Source of the DNA: a virus
Direction: 5' to 3' (one strand)
IMG/VR virus record: IMGVR_UViG_3300037461_000748
Coordinates: 1-64,000 of that record
Length of the DNA stretch: 64,000 nt
Notes under the pieces: generated by a model
What the model was told of the DNA's origin: nothing
The model's input: only the letters and a program-made list of their open reading frames with translations
The model's database searches: none
In this document: positions 28,068 to 35,555 of the stretch, piece by piece
How positions within the stretch are numbered: the first letter of the stretch is position 1
Layout of the letters: each line of letters opens with the position of its first letter
Program-made: the position numbers and the translations under genes

Positions 28068-29608
28068 TGAAAAAACCTAATAGGCATAATGCTCTACTAA
28101 ATAGCTTACACCCGACTGTTTATTCTGTTATTAACAATTTGTTTGATATAGATAACTTTCAAGATCTCGTAGATAAAAATACAAAGCTGTTTAAGATTTA
28201 TCGAGAAGGTCAAAAAACGTATCCTCAGTTTAAAGAGTTGCACCAGGACGTTTACTCCTCTTTATACAAATACAGACCTGAAATAGAAAAGTTTGAGAAT
28301 ATGGCTTACAGGCATATGCTTAATCATCGAATCATGACACACATTGTAGCTTCGCCAAAGTATAAAGAGCTCAGAAATATCACAAGATTAGATAAGATTC
28401 AAACTGCTCTCGGATGCGAAATTATTGGCGACGAGGTTAAAAAATTAGTCGATGAGTTAAGGGATGAAGTTGAGCAGGCTGTAAAGGCCGCCGAAGAGGC
28501 TGCTGCACAGCTGGCAGCTGCACAAGAAGGAAAAGAAGGGGAAGAAGAAGGAGTCCAAGCTCATGGCGTTTCTAATGATGATAAAAAAATCACATTAGAA
28601 GAAGCTAAGAAAGCACTGGCTGAGGCAGAGAAAAAGATCAGGGAAGTCATTGAGAAAACAGACCAACGTCAAATTAATAGAATGGTGGAAAGTGCGGTCA
28701 ATGCAACTACTGAGACTTCAAATTTGATTTCCAATTGGGGTCTTGAAAAAGATCCATCGTATGCTAAAGGCGGTTATCAGGAAAAAATTGAGTTACTTAA
28801 TAGACTTCGTGAATCAGAAAAACTAAGAAAGATTGCAGAATGGGCCGGTAGATACAGAAGAATGGCTCTAGACACACTCAGAGAAAAAATAAGAAGGGGC
28901 TCTGAAGCAGTATATGACATCATTACTGGAAAAGACATAGGGAGACTAATACCATCAGAAGCAGCGATGCTAACCAAGGAAACTACGAGGAATTTGTTTT
29001 ATAAGAAATTTTCTGAAGGGAATTTATTAATTTATGAATATTCTGGAACTAATAAGAAGAATAAAGGACCAATTGTGTGTTGCATTGATTCCAGTGGAAG
29101 CATGAGCGGTATTCCTGAACTATGGTCTAAGGCAGTAGCTCTTGGTTTGTTAGAAATTGCCAAAGTCCAGAAAAGAGACATGTATGTAATACATTTCTCA
29201 TCATCATGGTACGGTAAAGATTCTGGAAGACTACACACCAATAATTTTCCAAAAGAAGTGATAAATGATCTATCTGAAGTCATAGACATGTGTGAATATT
29301 TTGAAGGGGGTGGCACCCTATTCGAGCCACCATTAAATTTAGCCAGGGAAAAAATTAATGAAAGTGAAAATTTCTCAAAAGCTGATATCATTTTTATTAC
29401 AGATGGTAATTCTGCAGTATCAGATGAATGGCTGAAGTCTTTTCAGGAATGGAAGAAACAAAAAAATGTTAAGATATACAGCATACTAATTGATGTAACA
29501 GCTAATACCGATGTAGTTCTTCGAGAATTCTCGGAACGAGTTGATAAATTAAGTAGTATAAATACAAGTCAGGACCAATTAGCCACGGTCTTGTTTAAGG
29601 TGGTGTAA
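28067..29608 (+). CDS. von Willebrand factor A domain protein (ViaA-like)
   Basis: RLIPSE, GPIVCCIDSSGSM MIDAS, GGT, ADIIFITDG. Confidence 0.92.
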   Translation: MKKPNRHNALLNSLHPTVYSVINNLFDIDNFQDLVDKNTKLFKIYREGQKTYPQFKELHQDVYSSLYKYRPEIEKFENMAYRHMLNHRIMTHIVASPKYKELRNITRLDKIQTALGCEIIGDEVKKLVDELRDEVEQAVKAAEEAAAQLAAAQEGKEGEEEGVQAHGVSNDDKKITLEEAKKALAEAEKKIREVIEKTDQRQINRMVESAVNATTETSNLISNWGLEKDPSYAKGGYQEKIELLNRLRESEKLRKIAEWAGRYRRMALDTLREKIRRGSEAVYDIITGKDIGRLIPSEAAMLTKETTRNLFYKKFSEGNLLIYEYSGTNKKNKGPIVCCIDSSGSMSGIPELWSKAVALGLLEIAKVQKRDMYVIHFSSSWYGKDSGRLHTNNFPKEVINDLSEVIDMCEYFEGGGTLFEPPLNLAREKINESENFSKADIIFITDGNSAVSDEWLKSFQEWKKQKNVKIYSILIDVTANTDVVLREFSERVDKLSSINTSQDQLATVLFKVV

Positions 29609-29620
29609 AGCCCACCGAAC

Positions 29621-29925
29621 TTTTCCGTAGAGCTCGGATGATCCTTATAACGTCATCCAATTGAAAGCGTTTCGCTTTCGTTTAAAAATAGTTACATGTA
29701 TAACACCTGAGACGAGGCTTTCAGGTCGTGAGACGGCCTCTCATCGGTCAAAGAATTCGTTTTGCCTCAGAAATTAACCGGTCTTCGGCCCGCAGAAGAA
29801 AGCACCTTTCCTCAGCGGTCCTCAGCCCGGTTTAATTTCTGCTCAAAACCGAATTCTTTTCCCTCTTCGAGATCCGTCAACACACTAGGCTCCTAGCGAC
29901 CTTCAAGACCTCGCAGTACGGAAAA
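29621..29925 (+). ncRNA. Retron msr-msd cassette 1 (long ~210-nt msd hairpin)
   Basis: a2 TTTTCCGTA 29621-29629 followed by G29630; a1 TACGGAAAA 29917-29925; msr hairpins GGATGA/TCATCC and GAAAGCG-TTT-CGCTTTC; msd stem 29707-29916. Confidence 0.85.
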
Positions 29926-29929
29926 ATAT

Positions 29930-29963
29930 GTGGAGCAGCTCTGCTAGATGGAGCTGCTCCCAC
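29930..29963 (+). other. Stable hairpin separating the two retron cassettes
   Basis: GGAGCAGCTC-TGCTAGATG-GAGCTGCTCC perfect 10-bp stem. Confidence 0.7.
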
Positions 29964-30088
29964 GGCTATAGGCTACAGTGTAATACATAATGTATTACCG
30001 CAATGACGTTTCGTCATTGTTAAGAAATAATTAACCAGCTTACGATGTACTCCCCCTCGACGGGTTGGGTAGTAGGCTAAGTATAGCT
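29964..30088 (+). ncRNA. Retron msr-msd cassette 2 (short ~45-nt msd)
   Basis: a2 GGCTATA followed by G29971; a1 TATAGCT 30082-30088; hairpins GTAATACA-TAA-TGTATTAC and CAATGACG-TTT-CGTCATTG; msd CTTA..TACT..CCC/GGG..AGTA..TAAG. Confidence 0.7.
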
Positions 30089-30108
30089 AAAAAACCATTT
30101 TATAAATA

Positions 30109-31020
30109 ATGACATTTTTAGAAGCATTAGGAACAAATCTAGACAATATTAAGACTATCTGTGATAATATTACAGATTATTATTTGTCATATCCGATACG
30201 AAAATCTAATGGAAAACTGCGTTGGATAGATGCACCATTAGATGAATTAAAAGATATACAAAAAAGGATATTATTTAAACTTTTATATAAATTTAGTCCT
30301 CATCCAGCAGCCGTAGGCTTCATAGCCGGCATCGGTGTAAAGGATGGGGTTAAACGACACTTTGGTAATAGAGTCTTGTTATGTGCTGATATTTCAAACT
30401 TTTTTGGATCTATTAGAACTAATGAAGTTTATCGACTGATGCACCACTTATTACGAACACTATTGGATAGGGAATGGATAGACTTAGGCAGTCTAAGTTT
30501 TGGAGAAGCCAGAGAAATATTAGTAACTTTAACAACTTACAAGGGGCATTTACCCCAAGGAACTCCGACTAGCCCAGCTCTAGCAAATCTGTTTTCCATA
30601 AACATGGATCATAGATTACAGGAACTAGCAGACCTGCATGGACTTATATACACACGATATGCAGATGACATTACATTTAGTTGCGAGAATAAGACATATA
30701 ACATTGGTCAACTAATACCGCAAATATCTGATATTGTAAGAGAATTTAAACTTACTCTTAATAAGGACAAAACCAGAGTGATGCGACCCCACAAAAGAAT
30801 GACAATTACGGGTGTCGTAGTGAATGATAAATTAGGTATTCCAAAGTATAAGAGACGAAATTTTCGAGCAAAGCTGCATAATCTCATTAGAGACGATGTA
30901 GCAATCAATGAAAAAGAGCTACAACAGCTGAGGGGTTATGCTGAGTGGATAAGAAATTTAAACGAGGGTCAGGGAAACTTTTTCCTGCAGAAAATTGGCA
31001 GGCTACGATTAAGGACATAA
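30109..31020 (+). CDS. Retron-type reverse transcriptase (standalone, 303 aa)
   Basis: KSNGKLRWIDAP, region X AVGF..GVKRH, DISNFFGSI, LPQGTPTSP, YTRYADD, region Y ITGVVV. Confidence 0.93.
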   Translation: MTFLEALGTNLDNIKTICDNITDYYLSYPIRKSNGKLRWIDAPLDELKDIQKRILFKLLYKFSPHPAAVGFIAGIGVKDGVKRHFGNRVLLCADISNFFGSIRTNEVYRLMHHLLRTLLDREWIDLGSLSFGEAREILVTLTTYKGHLPQGTPTSPALANLFSINMDHRLQELADLHGLIYTRYADDITFSCENKTYNIGQLIPQISDIVREFKLTLNKDKTRVMRPHKRMTITGVVVNDKLGIPKYKRRNFRAKLHNLIRDDVAINEKELQQLRGYAEWIRNLNEGQGNFFLQKIGRLRLRT

Positions 31021-31436
31021 TTGATATTAAAACGAAGCTTAAGAGCATTCATTCAGTATTTATGTATGTCCCATATGGGTTCGATTCTGACATCATAATA
31101 AGTAAAGATAGTAGAGATCATTTTATTAGTTTTAAAGACAGATACATCGACATTACAAAAATCGTGCAGAGTGATCTACACCATATTACAGTAATGACTT
31201 TGTTTGTCAGAGATGCCTGGAATAGAAGATTGTTTGGTTTAGAACAACGATTTAAAGCAGAGTTTATTCCACAATATGTGGTAAAACATCCTGGCTTTAG
31301 ATATCGATACTCTGATAGAGACATAGTAATAACAAGGCTATTAGGTTCTATCAATCCCAAAACAATTGACGACCAGGCGAAATTACTAATAAAAGAATGC
31401 GGTCGCTATCTAATGATGTACTGCAAACTAACCTAA
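30945..31436 (+). CDS. Hypothetical protein directly after the RT (candidate retron partner; start uncertain)
   Basis: ORF overlapping/abutting the RT stop. Confidence 0.6.
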   Translation: MDKKFKRGSGKLFPAENWQATIKDIIDIKTKLKSIHSVFMYVPYGFDSDIIISKDSRDHFISFKDRYIDITKIVQSDLHHITVMTLFVRDAWNRRLFGLEQRFKAEFIPQYVVKHPGFRYRYSDRDIVITRLLGSINPKTIDDQAKLLIKECGRYLMMYCKLT

Positions 31437-31607
31437 TCGTTATATAACATGAAAGAACTAGGACGGATAATAGCTTACGCTGCCATATCAGCAATAGCTA
31501 ACGTGGTCGCCCTATGGGCTAGCTATAAGTTAAAAGAAGAAACAAGTAAAAAAAGAGAAAAAACAGATGAGTCCTAGTTATACTCACAACGGAGACATTA
31601 AACGGCT

Positions 31608-31826
31608 ATGAACTATTATAAGATCTCGCTTGAGGTCGGTAAAAAGAAAAGCCTCTCCAGGGTAATCTTTGTTAAAAGAGCTACTATCACAGAAGCATTA
31701 GATGTTAGCAAAAAGATCTATGAGGGTAAATTAACTGCCATCACTACGATCTCTCAAAAAGAGTACTTTGAAGGCTTGGATAAGAAGTATAACGCCGACC
31801 CCAGAGATGGGATCCAATATACCTAA
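31608..31826 (+). CDS. Small basic hypothetical protein
   Basis: 72-aa ORF. Confidence 0.6.
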   Translation: MNYYKISLEVGKKKSLSRVIFVKRATITEALDVSKKIYEGKLTAITTISQKEYFEGLDKKYNADPRDGIQYT

Positions 31827-31839
31827 CCATATTTAATTT

Positions 31840-32529
31840 TTGGAAGCCTTTACCCGAAACAGTAAGACTGTTCTATCCATAGACTTCGATAGAAGTTCAA
31901 CATGTGGTCAAATTTGTCCATATTGTTATGTCGATAAAATGGAAAGGATTTATCCAGCTTACAAGGAAAAAATCCGAAAGAACGCTTCGTGGGCAAAGGA
32001 AAACGGAAAAAATTTCGCAGAAACATTAAACAGAGAATACAGACAACTGACAAATAGCCGTAGTAAAACTCTTAAGCGTCTATCCAAACTACCGGTACGA
32101 ATATACGGATCTGGAGACTTTATACCAGATCATGCGTGGTTCCTGGTTGATTTGGAATTCAAGTTTTTCATAATTTCAAAGAATCTAACCACGCCAGAAA
32201 CAAAATATTACATTGAAAGGTTATTGACTATCGATAACTTAACAATGATTTGTCTTAGTTTTGACAACTATAACCTCAATAATTATGAAGGGGTATCAGG
32301 TTATCTGGGCAAAGATCGAATTAAATTTGCATACACCGGTCTCGCAGATGATTTCAAATTAGTAAAATCTCAAGGGTTTATATTCAACATCTTCTTTAAC
32401 ATTAGCAAGAAGGCCTTAGAGAGACAAAAATCTGCATTACATAGTGAGGCCTGCCCCTGTGACTCTGGAAAATTACCTCATAATGAGAGTTGCAGTTATT
32501 GTAATAAGTGTTGGAAATCCAATGCTTAG
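31840..32529 (+). CDS. Gene-88-like / radical-SAM-like Cys-cluster protein
   Basis: RNSK..., CxxxCxxC (CGQICPYCY), RIYGSGDF, C-terminal CP...CSYCNKC. Confidence 0.65.
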   Translation: MEAFTRNSKTVLSIDFDRSSTCGQICPYCYVDKMERIYPAYKEKIRKNASWAKENGKNFAETLNREYRQLTNSRSKTLKRLSKLPVRIYGSGDFIPDHAWFLVDLEFKFFIISKNLTTPETKYYIERLLTIDNLTMICLSFDNYNLNNYEGVSGYLGKDRIKFAYTGLADDFKLVKSQGFIFNIFFNISKKALERQKSALHSEACPCDSGKLPHNESCSYCNKCWKSNA

Positions 32530-32916
32530 TAATCATAGTTTTTTCAAGAATGTGCGGTGCGCACATATATGTGAATTTATTGGTATTAGAACAATGATGA
32601 TAATAAGCTTTCCTCAAGAAACCATTAACAATCTCTCGGTCCGCCTTCCCGGAAGGGGTGGTCAGCCGGCCCAAAAGCTAGTTAATATTTTCTAGAAAAA
32701 AGCATATTATGTATGATTATAGCCAGCTCGCAGAAACCCATTTATTTTACGAGAGCGTCCCGTTCTCGTATAGTAATACCAGACTTCGCTAGATCCGCTA
32801 TCGCGGCCAGAACAACACTGTTCCACGATAACGGACACCAGACGAAGTCTGGTATAAGACTGTATAAGAGAGGAAAAGAGAGGGTAAGACGCTGGAGGTT
32901 CTCCAGCGAAGCCCGG

Positions 32917-32977
32917 CCCGGGATGGGCCCGGGAGACACCCGGGGGGCACCCGGGACAAGCCCGGGAAATACCCGGG
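32917..32977. repeat. Six CCCGGG palindromes at exact 11-bp period
   Basis: Starts at 32917, 32928, 32939, 32950, 32961, 32972 with different 5-nt spacers. Confidence 0.95.
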
Positions 32978-33336
32978 ATAGTAAACTTTTGCAACCAAAA
33001 GATTACTAACGGGGGACAACCGGACATCCGGAGGTGGCATGCACATGCATGTTAACCGGCCGGGGACCGGCGCCCTAGATCTCGAGCTCAAGGACCCAGC
33101 ATCAGCGGAGGGAAAATTCCACACACCCACTACAGGGCAAGGACGGCCAATATAGGCTCATGATATGGAAAACACCATCCGGCGATTTAGGGTTACCGGC
33201 GCCTCACGCTGCAGTACTTATAGTAACGGCCGCGCACCGGGGACCCGCCGCCATTTATCGATGCTCAGCGTTGACAAAAGCAGCGAATACCTGGAAACCG
33301 CCGCCTTTCGAATTTTTATATTGGTGCGAGTTGGTT

Positions 33337-33371
33337 TGGAGGAGTGCTTCGGCATATCCTCCATTTTTTTT
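33337..33371 (+). terminator. Intrinsic terminator closing the GC island
   Basis: TGGAGGA-GTGC-TTCG-GCAT-A-TCCTCCA followed by T8. Confidence 0.8.
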
Positions 33372-33427
33372 ACATTAAGAATTCAGGTATAAGATTCCTG
33401 TAAATACTAATTTAAAATAATTAAAGG

Positions 33428-33456
33428 TTGATTTTGTCAGAGAAAATGTTTATATT
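33428..33456 (+). promoter_or_regulatory. sigma70-like promoter TTGATT-17bp-TATATT
   Basis: Shares AAAATGTTTATATTATAAGTATAA with the - strand promoter at 42947-42970. Confidence 0.65.
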
Positions 33457-33499
33457 ATAAGTATAAAACCAATCATCTTTGATAAAATCAAAAAATTTT

Positions 33500-34807
33500 A
33501 TGGCTAAGAAAGCTAAACTATTTGCCTGGTGCGATTTTTTGGTCCCTACGGGCTTTGGAAATGTAGCGGGCAATTTATTAAATGACATGCACAAATACTT
33601 TGATGTAACTGTCCTTGGTATCAATTACCATGGTGATAAGAAGTACGACACTAATAAGTATTTTGTGTATCCAGTTAGTAGAGACGATATGCTTGGTATG
33701 AAAAGGTTACCTCATCTTATTAGGCAAGAAGCCCCAGACATTATTTTTTTATTTCAAGATATTTTTCACATCAGCGATATCATTGATACCATTAGAAAAA
33801 CTGTAGATCCCCGGACTAAGATCGTTACCTATTTTCCTGTCGATGGAAATCCTTTTAGCAAAGCATGGGGAAATGTTTTTAAAGCTGCCGATATTAATAT
33901 TACTTACACTGATTGGGCGGTAAGAACAATTAAGGAGACTTTCCCAGAATCTGGCGACATTTATAAATTATATCATGGTGTTGATACTAATATATATAAA
34001 CCACTGGAGATGTCCGAAATAAAAAAACACCGTGCATCGTTCGGATGGACTAATAAGTTTACGGCTATCAATGTTAATAGATTTCAACCAAGAAAAGCAA
34101 TTCCTTTTTCCATAAGAGCCTTCTCGTTGTTTGCAAAAGGTTACAAGAAGTGCAAGTGCGGCAATATTTATCCGTTTCATAAGAAATTCTGTGACCTTAA
34201 CATGTGTGGTCCCGAGGACGTGGTTGAGAAAGAAAAGAGATATCGCACAGACGTTCACCTATATCTACACATGATGGCGTCGGAGCCATCGATGGGTCCT
34301 GGAAGAGTTAATATTTTGCAAAATCATGTTTTAAATGCAGGATTTACAGACGAAGACTTAGTTAATGGTATGATCAGCATTAATGCAGCGCAAATCTACT
34401 CTGGCGCCATTACCAATGAGATGGTTAACCAAATGTATAATGCTGCCAATGTTAATATCAACTCAACACTAGGCGAAGGTTGTGGACTTTCATTAATAGA
34501 AAGTATGGCCACAGGGACACCTAGTATCGCTCCAAAGAATAGTGCTATCCCGGAAATGTTGGGAGATACTGGACACATTATTCCTAACGTAGGTTTAATG
34601 AACCAGGCAATGGACTCTGGTCATATGAGACCAATAGTGGATATCTGGAAATTTACGATGGCTTTAGAAAAGGAATACCAGAAGTGGAAAGAATCTGGAA
34701 AAGAAAAGATCATTGACCAAAAATGCATCGATAGAGTTAATAAAGAGTTTTTGTGGAAGGATAAGGTTGACTTCCTAAAGGGAATATTTGACAAAGCCAT
34801 TGCTTAA
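33500..34807 (+). CDS. GT-B (GT4-like) glycosyltransferase with Cys-rich insert
   Basis: TGFGNV, YHGVD, NRFQPRK, EGCGLSLIESMATG. Confidence 0.9.
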   Translation: MAKKAKLFAWCDFLVPTGFGNVAGNLLNDMHKYFDVTVLGINYHGDKKYDTNKYFVYPVSRDDMLGMKRLPHLIRQEAPDIIFLFQDIFHISDIIDTIRKTVDPRTKIVTYFPVDGNPFSKAWGNVFKAADINITYTDWAVRTIKETFPESGDIYKLYHGVDTNIYKPLEMSEIKKHRASFGWTNKFTAINVNRFQPRKAIPFSIRAFSLFAKGYKKCKCGNIYPFHKKFCDLNMCGPEDVVEKEKRYRTDVHLYLHMMASEPSMGPGRVNILQNHVLNAGFTDEDLVNGMISINAAQIYSGAITNEMVNQMYNAANVNINSTLGEGCGLSLIESMATGTPSIAPKNSAIPEMLGDTGHIIPNVGLMNQAMDSGHMRPIVDIWKFTMALEKEYQKWKESGKEKIIDQKCIDRVNKEFLWKDKVDFLKGIFDKAIA

Positions 34808-35122
34808 CAGTAGGCGCAGCCGTAGTAATTTGGCATTCTGCTTATTAGGTATAAGAATAATAGATAGAGAAGCGCAAGATAGACTATTAATTATTCATCT
34901 AAACAAAGAGGAGCCCTATGGATGATGAAATGGATCTTGGCCTAGAAGTGTTGCCGGACGAACGAGAACCTGGTGGGGATCATGTAATTATTCAGATTTG
35001 TGAAGTGACACGGGTAGATTTCTTCTACTTAAGAGACGCGGTAACAAAGCCAATGTATCCCTGGCTGTTAGCAGAGGATGTCGCAATCCGGTATTAGCAA
35101 TGGCACTTAGAGGATTGCTTAC

Positions 35123-35154
35123 AAAAAGAGGGGAAGAGTCTTCCCCTCTTTTTT
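35123..35154. terminator. Bidirectional intrinsic terminator
   Basis: AAAAAGAGGGGAA-GAGTC-TTCCCCTCTTTTTT between convergent blocks. Confidence 0.85.
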
Positions 35155-35157
35155 ACA

Positions 35158-35349
35158 TTAAGAATTATCTTCGTACCAAACTGTAATAATTGGGTTGGAT
35201 TTGATAGGTCCTACGTAGGAGAACTCTTCCCTAATAACTGTACAAGATGGGTTATTAAGGATCTGTTCATAACTTGCTTTACTGTTGGGATCATCTAATT
35301 GAAACACGTCTACTTTGATTTCCCCCTCGTATGGATTATAAATACTCAT
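35158..35349 (-). CDS. Hypothetical protein
   Basis: 63-aa ORF at the end of the portal operon. Confidence 0.6.
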   Translation of the reverse strand: MSIYNPYEGEIKVDVFQLDDPNSKASYEQILNNPSCTVIREEFSYVGPIKSNPIITVWYEDNS

Positions 35350-35555
35350 TTTGTTTTACCTCTGGATCATAGTCTAATTTTTCCCATTCTCCTGCACCAG
35401 CCTGCTTTTCAAATTCTGGTGGTGCGCTCACACCTGTTGGAATTCTTAATAGTTCACCAGTTATTTTATTTTTATAAACCTCGTAGGTTCCGTATTTTTC
35501 CATACTATGATACTCCTATTTATAGCCTTTACGTTCTTTTCATCTTAAACAATTT

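Larger units (their letters stand above)
32530..33400. other. GC-rich non-coding island with hairpins, a phased CCCGGG array and dense palindromes (possible origin or control region)
   Basis: Sharp composition change relative to the AT-rich genome; overlapping ORFs look spurious. Confidence 0.55.

Noticed and set aside
32917-32977. CRISPR mini-array
   Set aside because: Repeats are 6 bp with 5-nt spacers and there are no cas genes in the window.
32402-33392. Overlapping ORFs in the GC island (32707, 32713, 32742, 32798, 33160, 33165)
   Set aside because: Present in several frames on both strands, Pro/Gly/Arg-rich because of the repeats, and unlike the codon usage of neighbouring genes.
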